Source: Paraspadella gotoi | Lineage: Eukaryota; Animalia; Chaetognatha | DNA length: 64,000 nt | NCBI GenBank assembly: GCA_051294375.1 | Contig: CM119270.1 | Coordinates: forward strand, 14,499,164 to 14,563,163 | Reading direction: 5' to 3' | Part shown: positions 13,789-27,574 of the stretch, in pieces | Numbering within the stretch: the first letter of the stretch is position 1 | Layout of the letters: every line of letters begins with the position of its first letter | Program-made: the position numbers and the translations under genes | The notes under the pieces: model-generated | Seen by the model: the letters and a program-made list of their open reading frames with translations, nothing else | Told to the model about the DNA's origin: nothing | Databases searched by the model: none

Positions 13789-16128
13789 GTAATAAAAGAA
13801 ATGACATCCGGAGGAGAGGAAGAGAATCATAACGGAATTTTGATGTAAAGAGTCTATCGCATCCGAGTACTCTGACGAGGAGAGAAGATGGGGGGGAGAG
13901 GAAGAAGGGGGAGAAAAGGCGGGGGGGGGAAGCGGGGGGAAGGGGGAGGAAGGGTAGGATGAGAAGAAGTGGAAAGTTGGATGCGGGGAAGAAGAGGGTA
14001 GAAGAGAAGGAAGGATTTAAAGATTTAAGTATAGAGAAGAGAAAAAAAAAGGAAAGGATAGGAGGGGAGAACGGGAGAGGAAAAAAAGAAGATAAGATGA
14101 GAGGAAAAGAGAGGAAAAGTCTGGAGAATGGAGGAGGAGAAGAAAATGAAAGGAGAGGGAAGGGAAAGAGAGGAGTTGGGGGAAAAAGGGATGGGAAAGA
14201 GAGGGGGGGAAACGGAAGAGGAGGAAGAGAGAAGGAGAAAAAAATTAAATGAGAATTGGGATTTAGGGAAGTATGGTTGATTAACTTAAAGCATAGAAAA
14301 AAACGACATAACTACTATAAAGAGAGGTAATATTCTACAGCATTATTTCATTTAGTCATTGCGGCGCAACACGTTGGATTAACCGATCTCGTATAAATTT
14401 ATTTTCACTGCACCGAATTTTATTGAAAACTAAATCTCCGTTTAAAAGCGATGCCTGCAATGTTCCCGTTTTAAGCTTCAATTGATCGAGAGAGCAAGAA
14501 AAGGTTTATGTCGAGCTTGAAAATCCTGAGAAGAATGAGAACGAAATATTTTATATTTTATTCCTTTTCATCCTCGTGATCTTTCTTTTTTTTTTTAAGC
14601 ACCTGCTTCCATTTGCCAAATATCTTCATCATTCGCTCTTACTCAATTTTTTTATGTACGTCCAGCAAAATCAAAAGAAGTACAAAATTTGTTTTTATAT
14701 AATAACAATTACTTAAAAAAATAAAAGAAATGATTATTTTGTTATAAATTGCTTCTTAAGTGTCTTTGACGTCTTCACAGACGTGAGAGTAACTATAAAA
14801 TATCTTTACTCGGAAATGCCGGAAATTGATTGGCATAGATTGAGCTTTATCTACAAAAATAAAATCTTTTTTTCAAGGCTTTTCAAAGATAAAATGTTAT
14901 ATTTTTTTCACAAAGTAAGATACTACTAAACAGATGAAAAAATTTTTGAGTATTAGAAGATTTGACCAATTGTCTTATAATATTGGAATTTAAAACTTTT
15001 AGTTTATACAAAACAACATTGCCATTGCTATTACTGGTAATTTTTTTTCTCTCTCGCTTTTTATGTAGTTTCGCCTTAAGTCACTTTTTAATCGGTCGGT
15101 CCGTCGTTATGTCTGTCCACTGTTACGTTAAAAATGCATTGATAGGGAAGCCAGGTTCACTGGGAGTGAATAAATGAGACTGTGAGAGAGTCTTGATTGA
15201 AAGCTTGCAGAAACCTGCTATGTTATTATCTTGTAAGTGTGATGGAGGCCTTAAACCACCAAAGCCTGTCCAAAGTCAGGGACAAGATAGCTTATTTATA
15301 AAATGAATGGATAATTTTTATATTGGTTGTACCAATTTCATATAGTTGGCTGCTCATTTGTTAAGACAAAAAAAACAATTGAGCAAAAAATTTAGGTGAG
15401 GTTAAACTTTTAAAGTTGTCCCGCTTTTGGTGAAAAAAAAAATGTTTATGTTAAATTATGGTAGGCCACTATGTTTATTGAGCCCTTGCCTAAGATTTTT
15501 GTAGATTAGGAATAATTAATGATGATGATAATAATTTTAGAAGAGAAGATGCAAAGAATCATTGTGAATATGCTTAGGCCCATGGAAGTAATTCCAATGA
15601 AAAAGAAACGAGGCTTCGAGACGCTCAATATTGGGTAACCTTCGCTTACGGCTTTTATTGACATTTTATCCAATTTTTTTAATTCAGAAATTCTATCAAA
15701 CCTTTCAAGATTTTTCTCTAATAATCATATTGAAGTAATCCTTACTTTTTCGTTGTTATTAGTGATAGATGCTTTACATGCCTTCATCTACGCTGATGAA
15801 GGCTTGTAAAGCAAGTCGAGTCATGTCTGTTCAAATTAAATAAAATTTGTTGCAAGCAAAAACTTTGTCAATTATCTAATCTCTAATAATCAAAATCGCA
15901 CGACAAGAAATTGATCCTGGAACTACAGAGCGCGAAGATTGTCTGCATCTTTTTCTGTTGGTGATTCCATCTTTGCTAGTCTTGATTAATAATACAGACG
16001 AGTCATAAAAGTAAAACAATTAAAAGTTTAATAGTTGAAAAGTATTCTAAACCATTCTTTCGGTTAGTGTTATTTATTTATTATATGTATGTAAATATAA
16101 ATACTAAATAGTATTTCCTGTAACTAGA

Positions 16129-16166
<38 letters not shown>

Positions 16167-17438
16167 CAATGTAAAAGCATTTGTACAGGGTGGTCCAGAT
16201 CTTTTGGGACAGTTATAGAGGAGATGCGTGGGACATTCTGCTTCTGTATCCTACATTTTCATCAATCAGGGGGATTGCAGTCAGAAAAACTGTGCCAAAA
16301 GTCAGAAGTGACCATCCTTCATCTTGATTTTTGCCAAAATTTCACTAAATTTTGTAAGGAAGCGGCGATATGAATTTTTACATGGTATGCAAAAAGCTTT
16401 AATTACAGTAGTTGCTGTTGGATCTTCCAGACGTTTTTGATATTGATCAAAAGTAAATTTAACCTAGTTTCCAAATATAGTCCCTTTTTTCTTCTATCAT
16501 TAACCCTTTTTGAGCTGTAAGCACTTAAAGTTAGTCACATTAGAGCTATACCTCCCTGTACTAACGATTTGCTTGTTTACATTTTACATGTTTACATTTT
16601 GATTTTTTTATAAATATCATTTCTTTCTTAAAATGAAACAAAAAAAATAATGTACACTTATTTACGTCATTGTGAGCGACAATTCTGTATCAAGCATATT
16701 CAATAGAACAAACGGGAAAACAACGACAACAACGCTCTCTAATCAGATTGCAGAGACCGCGGAGCCGTGGATCTCCGAGGTCCCCTTAAAATTCGGCGCG
16801 GGCTTTGGGTCCAAGACTTCTATTTCCATTCGTAATTTGCGACGCGTAACCCAATCTTACATTTACAGGTCGGGGCGATTAGATGCGCGGATTGAAGGGC
16901 GAGGGGGGGAGCTGGGGGGGGGGGTTGTTGGCGAATGTCGGAATTTCCGATAGAGGAAAAGGGGAGCAGCGATTGTAAGCCACACCTTTGACCCTTGATA
17001 GGGAAAGCTTAAGGGGAGGAGAGGGAAAAAGACAAATTGTGCGAGAGAGGAGGGAAGGAAGAGGGAGAAAAAAAGAGAGTTAGGAAAAGAAAGAAACAAT
17101 AAAAGGAAAAAAGAGAAAGAAAGAAAGACAGAAAGAAAGAAAGAGTTTTTTTTTTTTTAGGGAAGTAAAAATTAGTCTTGTCTTTTTTTTTAAGTTTATC
17201 TATATCTCCTGATCTAATGAACGCCTACCTCTCTCTCTCTCCCTCTCTTCTTCTCTTCTCTCTCTCCTCTCTCTCTCTCTCATCTCTCTCTCTCTCTCTC
17301 TCTTCGCTCTCCTCGGTCTCGGCGACCCTCGGTCCCTTCGGGGCGGCCAAAGGCATCAAAGGTCATTGGTTGATCGATGCTGCCTCCCGGAGCCAAACGA
17401 ACGCAGGTGGGCCGACGCCGCTGGGAATCAATCTTGGC

Positions 17439-17487
<49 letters not shown>

Positions 17488-19647
17488 AAGCTCTCATTAG
17501 TCTTTCCCTTGCTGTCTCTCTCCCGACTACAGAAGCTGAAGCGATGTTAGTGTCTCACACTCTGACTTGCAAGTGTCGCTGATAAATTATTAACGCGAGA
17601 GGAAGTTTTAAACTTATTTATTAAATTACGAAACTTGATATTGACAACCATTATGATTTTGATTTTTAAAAATGGAAAGCATGTCAAACGGCAAAAACAT
17701 TCTGAGCCATCGTTTTCAATGTAATAAAAAAATGGTTGTTTGCTTAATCTATGAAACGCCAGTTTATTCGTTTTTATTGATTCATTATGCTTCTTCTTTC
17801 TTTCCTTTCAGCTTCCCCGACCTTTTAAACCGTCAATCGCTCTTTAAGAGTTTTTATTAAAGGGTTGTGAAAGGGCTGTGGGAGTGCTGTGGGAGGGCTG
17901 TGGAGGCCCTGTGGGTTACAGCAGAGTGGCTGCGGTTGCGATGTGTCGGCTCATGACAGTGATTAAGCTAGCGTTGCATCTCATTCGATTCCTATTCTTT
18001 TGCTTCGCGGTTTCGCCTTCTTAAGTTTTACATCATCTCTATGCCGACTTAGATGGTCGAAGGAAGTTATTTCATCTATTACTTTCCTTTTTTTTTCAAA
18101 TTATATAGATATATCTATATATATTTAACCGCCACAAGAAACTTTTACTCGATTTTTCTGTTCCTTTCCCCTCTCTCTCCCTTCTCCCGAATTCAGCCAG
18201 TCAACGCCACTATTCGCCAACGTTTTCCCCTCTATCGACCAATCAGGGTCCAGTTTTTTCCTTCCTTCTCTTGCTTCTTGACCCAATCCTTTTCCCTCTC
18301 TCCCTTACAAAATTCCTATTTTTCCTTTTCTTTTTTTTCTTCTTATCATTTTCCTTTTACTTCCCTTCTTCCGTGTCCTCTTCTTTCTTCTATATTCTCT
18401 CATCTTGATTTTCTCTCTTTCCCTTCTCCCATAATTTCCTTTTGCCTCTTTCCCTTTCTTTCTCCACTCAAATACTTTGTGTATAATCTCCTCTCTGTTC
18501 TTATCTTTTACCATTTCTTTTCATCATCTCACCTTTCCTTTTCCTTTTTTTTTTCTTCTTTTACCCCCTTCCTTTTCTTTTCTCCTTTCCCCTTCTTCCC
18601 AACCCACCGACGGCATTCTGGTTTCGGTCTTGAGGCGGGATTTCGTTCGCGCATGACTTGACCGCAAAGTGCACAGAGTTGTCGGTGGAGACCGCCCGGC
18701 CGACGGACGCCGATAGAAAAAGGCCGATGGATGCCGATAGATGCCGAAAGCTGTTAAGAAATGCTTCTTGTGATTTCTCAGCTCAGAAAGATATTGAAAC
18801 CCGTAATTATTCGTCTTAGTGCATATTAAGACAATTGAAAAAAAAAATAATAGTCTTGTTTAGATGTAATTGCGGTTATCATGAATCATACTGTAAAAAT
18901 ACCCAAAATAAAAATACAGTTCCGCCGCTTCGAGCGGTTTCACATCCGAAGTCTATTTATAGGCTGCGGACGTGACCGAATTACAGAAAATGAACAGCGG
19001 CGACACGACGGCGTCCAAAGTCCAAACCTAAAAAAAGCCAATTCGCCTTCAAACTAATTGTCACCACCGAGACTACCACTCGAGCCCCCTCTCAAAAAAA
19101 TGACAATTAATCTGTTGAGGCGATTATTATTTTCGTCTTCTACACTGTGACAATTTTTTTTTTTTGGTGCTAGCGACGAAAGAGTGCAATTTTATAAGTT
19201 ACATTCCGCATGTCTCAACAGTTTTATTAATCTAAGCCCCCAGTTACTGAAACCCACATTTTTTTTAACGCTACCTTTTAACATTAAACACTTTTGACCA
19301 CCCTGGATCCACTCCCCACACGCCAACACCAAAACCCCCCCCCCCATTGTGACCGCTGCTCTTTCAATCTCGGCGTTTGATTTCCTAACCCCCTCTCCCC
19401 CGTCGGAGCCGCGAATGCCCTCGCGGCGAGCGGCGTTATTTTCGTCATTGTCTAGCCAACCGGAGTGGCGGGGGGAAAGGTGAGGGGCGAGAGATGGGGG
19501 TAAAAGTGGGGGTGAGAAAGGGGTCGGTCAAGTAGTGAGGCTGGCGATCTGTGGAGACTGGGAGAGCAGAGCGGTGATATAAAGAAGTTGTTGGTGAGGT
19601 GGATCGTGATGTTCACCAGGGTTAGAGGGATGAATGATAGCTCTCTT

Positions 19648-19681
<34 letters not shown>

Positions 19682-19692
19682 GTCTCTCTCTC

Positions 19693-19739
<47 letters not shown>

Positions 19740-19954
19740 GCTCTTTTTCTCTTTCTTTCACTCCATCCCTGTTTACGACTCTTTTAGTCTTGTTGCTCAG
19801 CCTTGGATTTTTACCTGTCCTGTGAGAGCAGTGATTCTCTCTCAAAGTTCTCTCACTGTTTACGTGTTTATCGCTCGCTTTCGCTCTTCGCCCCTTGGTG
19901 CCACTAACAATAGTTTTCTCGCAAAAAAATACACTTTTATAAATATTATCTCTC

Positions 19955-20039
<85 letters not shown>

Positions 20040-20986
20040 CTCAGTAGCGAACAAATCAATTAAAGAGGATTCAGAAAATTCTTCATGCGCCAGGTAAAAT
20101 GATACTCGTCGATTCATCAGTTAATTGATAAGCTTCTTGTGAGGTTACTATCATTTTTGTACTTAGTCCGAAAAATTTCTCTCTCTCTTCACATCTCAAT
20201 CCAAACTTTCTTGACCCTCCTTTCACCGCCACTTTCCACCACGCCCTTTTGTTGTGGCAAAGTGACTCTTTCTTTTTGTGGTCCATTAGGGGGCCATTTG
20301 TTTGGGGCCAAAGTTTACTTGTTTATCGCTTCGCCGGCGCCGTCGTCGTCCTTGTCGTCGTCGTAGTTGTCATCGTCGTCCACGGCGCCGTTTCACTCCT
20401 GACACAAGCGACATCTGGTGTCAACGCAAGGACGACGTTTGAATCAACGAGAGCGGCGACTTTTTCTTTTCTTGTTCGCGTTCTTAACAGAAGAGTAAGA
20501 AATAACATTTGAGAGGGCGCTGTTATCGTTAATGTCGGAGGCTGCGTTATAACCGGGAACAATGATACGGAGAAAAGAGTATGGAGGCGTTGCGGCGGTC
20601 GGACAGTTATCGACGAAGAAATCGACGATAACTAAGAATACAAAACAAAAAAAAACAAAAAAAAAAGGAAATTGTCCCTTGATCCCATAATTGGGGCGAG
20701 AGTTTTCTTAAATTTGAGAAAGAATTTGACGCTACTACTTTTTTTTTCAGAAATAACCGCGAAAGAAATATGAAAGATTTTCTTATCATTGCGTGACTAT
20801 TGTCAGTGAATCAGTACAACATTGTCGGTCTCCCTCATCTCTACTATTGCCCCGTTTCATTCAATCCTCCTCATTTCCAACCAACCCTATTTCATCCACT
20901 CAGCCCTGCTTCCTCCGCCCTCGGACCAACGTAGAAAAAAAAAACGAGAATCTTCCAAAGCGGTTGATAAACGAGGCTCGTCTTCT

Positions 20987-21031
<45 letters not shown>

Positions 21032-21944
21032 TCTCTCTCTCTCTCTCTCCTCTCTCTCTTCTCTCTCTCTCTCTCTCTCTCTCTCGAAGGGGCAAAAGGT
21101 GATTGGAAAGAGGGAAACTAAAAACCACGGCTTCAGGCTGTTTCTTCGGAGGGCGCTTGTCCACCCCCCTCACCTTTTGCGCCGAGCCCCTCTAAGCCTC
21201 GACCACCCCTCGTCCAACATTTCTTTTAGCCTTTCCCACGCCTCACTGTCGATCGTTCAGTCGGTCTGTAGTATTTTAATCTCTCCCGATTCTTTTCGTA
21301 GACGTTGTATTGCTCAAAAAAAAAAAAAAAATTGTCTGGCAGTCTTTTTTCTTTTTGTCTGTCTGTACATCGTCCGTCCGTCTGTCTGTTTGTCTTTCTG
21401 CCTGACAGTAGTGAATAGAGTTTTATGTTTGTCTAATGTCTATATGTCTGACATTGATTGATTTTCATTCTTTTGATCTCTCCGCGCTTAGTTTCTGTAT
21501 ATTATTCTGATCTTTCGCTTCTCACATTGTCTCTCATTATAACAGTCTGTCCTCCGTCATCTTTACCTACTTCTCCATCCCTTTCTTTCTTCTCCCAAAT
21601 TTTCTACTTTTCTTTTTTTCTTTTTCTTTTTTTTATGTTCCCCCTTCGAATTCAGCTTCAGCGGGCGTCCAATCAAGGGCCGAAGAAATAAAGCTGGATT
21701 TGGCGGCGGCTGCCGGGGGCCGGCGAACTCGGCGGCCTCGGGGGGGGGGGGAGGAAAAACTCTGCCTCCTCTGTAGACGCTGCTGTCGCTGCGGCAGTCT
21801 CTCCTGACAGCTGCCAAAGCTGCTGCCGCTGCTGTTGCGATCCTCGTCGCCCACTGCGGAGTCGTGGAGGCGAGCGGAATGCAACGGATTCCGAGGTGAG
21901 GTTCTTCGCACCGAGAAAGGAAGAAATAAATTCCATCTTTATTG

Positions 21945-21990
<46 letters not shown>

Positions 21991-23762
21991 TTTCCTTCCA
22001 CCCTTCTGTCCCGTGGAAAATTTATACGGCGGCCAGATCAGCAGGAAACAGGGAAGGAAATTTGTTCCGTTTTACGCAGTCCCTTTCAATCAGGAAGGAG
22101 TTTTCCTTCTTTTCCTTTTAATTTTTATTCGACTTTCTTTTTTGCCCAATGCGAAATTAACACGGATTTCAAATGTGAGTGAAATGAAAGGATCAAATAC
22201 TGTGCCTAAATTATTAATTATAGCGACTTCAAATTCAACTTCAAAAGGTAAAAAAAATTGCTGACGTTTTTTTTAGTTTTTAACTCCCAGTGCCAGTAGT
22301 CCAGGTTGCATTTAAATAGCACCTTACTGTTATAAGATAATAGATATATTTTAAAGAAAAAAAAATAAAATGATAAAAAATTTGGGTTTATCTGACAAAT
22401 ATAGACATTAAGTATGTGTCTGAGAAATCAGAATGTCAACAACTTTTTGCACAAACACAATGACAGCCTTTTTATTTTAGAATTTTTCGAGTTAAAACTT
22501 ATAGAAAATAAAAATTTCAGCTTTGAAAAAAAATTGGGAAAAAATATTGATCTGGCAATTTTTTTTTATGCTCCCAAGACATAATACTAAATAATGAATG
22601 TAAAATAAATAATAATATTCGTCTCAAATGAGTTTGAAATTTAATTATCAAATAAGAGGGGAAAAATTATGCAAAAAAACTGCTGGAAAGCAGGCGCACA
22701 GTTGTATTCTCGATTTGTTATATACATAAGAAAATAACCTCATGGAAATGATGAAATATCAATCATATTGAGTCAGTTAAGAGTAATAAGTAATAACAAA
22801 TATTTTCATTTCACTCCGATTTGAAATCCGTGTAAAGCTACGATCGTCAATCGTATTTCCTTTTTCCTCCACTGCTCTATAATCCCCTTACTTGAGTCCA
22901 CGCCCTGTCCACACCTCCATTCACTCCCTCCACCCACACCCCATCCCTGCCTCCTCCTCCTCCAAAGGCCCTTGGGGTCGCGGCGTCATCAAAATCCCAA
23001 CTTTTTCGTCTCGAGCGGAAAAACGATAAAAATGCGTTATTGCGGCGTCGGCGGAGAGGAAGGGGTGTCGGCGTCGGCAGTGTTGGCAGTGTCGGCGGAA
23101 CCGGCAGCGTTGCCGGTGGAGGCGATGGCGACGTCCGTCCAACGTCGTGCGACAGGATGGACCGAGTCGGCCACGTGACGAGCGATGCTGTGGAACGAAG
23201 ACCAGAAGAGAAAGAATAAAATATCAACGTAGCGTCGCCAGCGCGCCGTCGTAAATTACGAGACGTCGAGGCGAAAACGCGCGGCGCCGAAAATGACAAC
23301 GCGAATGGAGGAAACCGGCGTCGTCTCTCGAAAGAGACGTCGCCGACCTCGCGATCGCGACGTCCTCCGCGTTGCGCCTTTGCACATCGTCATTCTGTCA
23401 CAATAACTTCACAAGGCCTTTGACTTTCGCAAGGAGTTTGGATTCCTCACTCTCCCGAGGTTCAGTTATGGACGCCGCGATCAAAGGTGAGGCTTTGTTG
23501 CTGCGTCGGGGTGAGGCGGCGTGAGTCGAGGAGGAACGATGAGAGGTGAGAGTTCACGGCGTCCGGCCTCAAGATTATATCGGTTTCGTCGCGCCTCGTC
23601 GGATGGAAGAAGACGACGTCGACGACGATGCTAACGACGACGATAATGGCGACGACGATGGCGATCGTAAGGTTAGAAGTATATGTTGACGAACTTTACA
23701 GAAACTAACTTTCTGGGTGATTGAAGTGGGAGTAGGGAAGAGAGAGAGAGAGGAGAGAGATG

Positions 23763-23823
<61 letters not shown>

Positions 23824-24515
23824 CAGAGGAGACGGACATTCAAATAGAAAGAGAGACAGCTAGACAGAGAGACGTAGAGAAAAGGTGAAGACGGCAAGGG
23901 GCACGAACGGATAAGGATGGTCGGAAATAAAAAGAAAGGATTACGACGAGAATGAAAAACCGCGAGAGGATGTCCCTCGGGACAAGGCGGAGGACAAAGC
24001 GAATCCGGAGAAGCGAACAAAGCGAAATGGACAAAGACTCGCGGCGAAATGGGCACAGTAAAATGGCGAAATGGTAAAGGGTGGATTTGATAGGTAAAGT
24101 GGGCAAAAGGGATGAATTGAATGATGGATACAATGGGGATGAAAGAATGGAATAATAAATCGATGAAAGTATTTAAGTTTTAATACTAAATTTATAAGGA
24201 AAACAGTAATGAAGTAGGTTACAGAACGTCAGAAAGTTGACAATTATCGATAAATACGTTAAATTTAGAGAGGGTCAATTAATCGTTCTTTCAGGAAAAA
24301 GAGCAAGGAGGTATGTGAAAACAGAATTGAAGAAATAAAACCAACGAACCTGAGAATCAACCATCAATAAAACAAATAAAGGAATTAAACATTTAAACTT
24401 GAAGGAAACGAGTAATTGACAAACGATGTTTTTTTCTTCCTTGAAACTTTCGGACTGACCATTTTCTTGGCTCGATTAGGGTTGGTGTCGAAAGCTCTTT
24501 CTCTCTCTCTCTCTC

Positions 24516-24585
<70 letters not shown>

Positions 24586-26067
24586 TCTTCTCTCTCTCTC
24601 TCACCTCTCTCAAGTGTCACTCGCCGCAGAATGACAAAAAATTAGCGCTCCTTCGTACACACACGCCCACTCGATTTTTCTTTTTTCTTTTTTTTTTTCT
24701 TCTTCTTTTTCTCCTCATTCGTTTCTTCTTATTTTTCGTGAGAGTTATTATTCAATAGCCTTCGGAAGAGGAAGCCAATAGAAAGAGAGAGTACGGAAAT
24801 AGAAAATGCGTCAAAAAAATGATTGGGGTTTGTTTAGGCGAGTATATTAAGTTTTACCAATGAAACATGGCTTAAAAGCAGTGAGTATTTTCTGCCAACA
24901 TTTTGCAGATAATACAATCACTTTTGCCCTAAATAATCATCAGCACCTAATGCATTGATAACCCAGAGTAAAGCGGTCATAAATTTATTAAGAATATCAC
25001 CTGCGGTAAATGCAAACGATTTAAAACCTACACACTTAATAATTACTATCAATCATACATAGCGCAAAAAGTGAGATTGAGAATTTCAAAAAAAAATGTT
25101 AAAAAAAAAACTTATGATTTACTTTTTAAAATAAAGAATTCAAACAAGTTTATCACTGTTAACACTATAAGCCAGCTCAGTAGTCTTTTTTGTAACATTG
25201 TAAGTAAAATTTTTCACGCCTTTTCAATTCCCAGAGCCATGAAAACAGTTATACAAAACGATTTTAAAAAACGGGATACAATTAAAATATATCCTTCCCT
25301 ATACGACATGCATCTTGCTCTAGATACTCTAAATTCAATCCAATTCATCGATAGGCTTTCTCTGAACCATACTATGTAAATTAGTACACAGTACACAGTA
25401 CATAGATCACCCTTTCTCCTTATCTTTTCCCTATTTCTCAAGATCATGCAACAAGTCCCCCATTCTCTTCAAGTTCCATCGCCCAACCAACCCTTTACCT
25501 CACCTGGCGCCGTCTTTCCACCAAACGAACTCCATCAAGTTGGCGAAATATTTATCGGCATCGAGAGCCTCGTTATTTTTTTCTTTTTCCGCTGATATGT
25601 AGCCGCGGCTGACTGCTGCGGCTGCCGGCTCCGGCTGCCGGCCGCGGCGGGGCGTCGGCGGCCATTGGCGCTGCGGCGTGGTCGAGGTCCGAAGCTTCGC
25701 GCCAAGATTGGTTCTTTGCGAGATAGGGGGAAAGCGAGGAAATGGGTCGATAGGTAAATAAGAAATTGTGTGGCGATGAGGTTGATTATTAAAGCGATGA
25801 TTGGGGGACGCGCTTTTAAAACGTTTAATAGAATTTTAGCTTTAAAGTTAGTTTGCTGGTGTCAAATCAATTACATAATTCGTTCGTTATTTGCACAGAA
25901 TTACCGTCCCGACTCCAGATAAAACCCAGAATTTCTTTCCTCCAAAATCTTTAAAGAAAATACTATGTATATATTTCGCATATGGTAAAGACCAAAATAG
26001 CAATTCTTACTATCTTGAGCAACTTCACCTTGACCGCCCCAACAGTCATTCCCACCTTCCTACTCTC

Positions 26068-26169
<102 letters not shown>

Positions 26170-26688
26170 CTCTTCTTCAGAAGTCCGTGTCCTCAATAAC
26201 GACCTTTGAGCTAAACGATACTATGCGCATAGAAAGAAGCATCATTTGGGAAGGTGCTATCCTTATCGCTCCACTCGCTCTCACTCTCGCGCTTGCTCTC
26301 GCTCTCACTCTGAGGAGATTCTGAAATAAAAAGACATGAATTATCTTCCAGTTTTATTCAGCAATAAATATTCCCTTCAGTTTGTTTACAAAAAAGTAAA
26401 TATTTTCTCTGAATATACAGACAACTAAATCCTTTTATTTCTGACACCTCTCTCTCTCTATTTCTTATTCTCTCTCCCCTCCCTCTCTTCCTCCCTTCCA
26501 CCATCTCTTTCTCTTTCCTCTCCAAACCATTCTCCTCCTCCTCTTCTTCCTCCTCCTCCTCTCTCTCCTCCTCCTCATCCTCCCTCACCTCATCTTCTCA
26601 CCGGTCAACTGAATACCGATTCCATTAGGTTTGGTTTTGATGGTTGCCAGCGAGGCTGAAGAAGTCATCGTTTCGCCGCCGCCGTTCC

Positions 26689-27174
26689 CAATGACATCCG
26701 GGGGGGGATGGAGGTAGCGAAGAAAATCCTCGTCTTCGCGCCAATGACATCCGGAGGAAAGAGGGAGTAAAGTAAATCGTCCTAGTCGCGCCAATGACAT
26801 CCGGGGGGAGAGCGAGAACGATGGAAGCCGGAGGGGGTTTAGGCGATCGTTCTAGCCTTGTCAATGACATTCGGGGCTAGAGAGAATCATTTCGTGAAAG
26901 TCAATGAAATCCGGGTTAAAAGCAAATTGTCTCCCGGATTGCCGAACAATGACGGATTTGGAGCGTGTCCATTAGAAAAGGTAAGTTGCGTTTAATTAAA
27001 AGATTAATCAATTGTATTCAATAACAGAAACAATTATTACTCAATTTCATTCCCGAGTGCGAATGACTTCGTCTCGCTAATAATTTACATCCGGGTTCTG
27101 AGTGAGATCCCCTAAGAGAATCAATTACATCCGGGTTAAGTGCAAATCGTTTGGCGCGGACCAATTACATCCGG
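26689..27174. promoter_or_regulatory. Array of ~8 phased CAAT(G/T)ACATCCGG motifs (reverse strand CCGGATGT(C/A)ATTG); candidate ETS/homeodomain site cluster or degenerate 40-bp minisatellite
   Basis: The motif starts at 26689, 26742, 26792, 26862, 26902, 27082, 27122 and 27162, with partial copies at ~26947 and ~27042. Spacers are diverged and the spacing is often 40 bp. Confidence 0.55.
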
Positions 27175-27574
27175 ACGAGCGAATCATCTTGATACGCGGT
27201 CATAAATTTCATGGCCAAAATACCGACCGCAACGACGAGGACCGACGAGTGTCGCCTCAACGAGAGAGAGAGAGNNNNNNNNNNNNNNNNNNNNNNNNNA
27301 GAGAGAAGAGGAGAGAGAAAGAGAGGAGAAGGGAGAGAGAGAGCAGAGAAGAGAGAAGAGAGAGAGAAGAGGAGAGAAGAGTAATCCGATGTTAATTCGA
27401 AGAGAAGAAGTTTTTTATTTGCCTCAAAAACGCAAAAATGGGCGAGGTCCCCGGGTTTCCTCCAGCCTTTACGAGTGTGTTTGTTACCGACGGAACATTT
27501 CGTTATGTATATTGCGTGTAGTCATGGCCGTGGGGCTGTCAGGGGAGGGTGGGTGTGGGCGAGTATTTTTTTTT

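Larger units (their letters stand above)
793..19272. repeat. Giant inverted repeat: arms ~793-10179 and ~10293-19272, with a ~110-bp CT-rich spacer
   Basis: 793 AGCGTTAAAAAAAACTGTGGGGTTTCAGTAACTGGGGGCTTAG is the near reverse complement of the sequence ending at 19272. Mirrored matches were seen throughout (2575-2660 vs 17490-17580, 4864-5072 vs 15140-15342, 6500-6900 vs 13330-13760, 10080-10179 vs 10293-10400). The arms differ mainly by 1-nt indels. Confidence 0.95.

Noticed and set aside
21655-21895. GC-rich exon candidate with a CCRCCC motif (+)
   Set aside because: The frame depends on the length of a 12-G run, and no homology is recognisable.
25504-25665. Possible first exon MAADAPPRPAAGAG...FVWWKDGA with a GTGAG donor (-)
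   Set aside because: It has an in-frame TAA unless a homopolymer error is assumed, and the downstream exons are inconsistent.
26689-27174. CRISPR-like repeat-spacer appearance
   Set aside because: The core is only ~13 bp and degenerate, spacing is irregular, spacers are partly related, there are no cas genes, and the context is eukaryotic.
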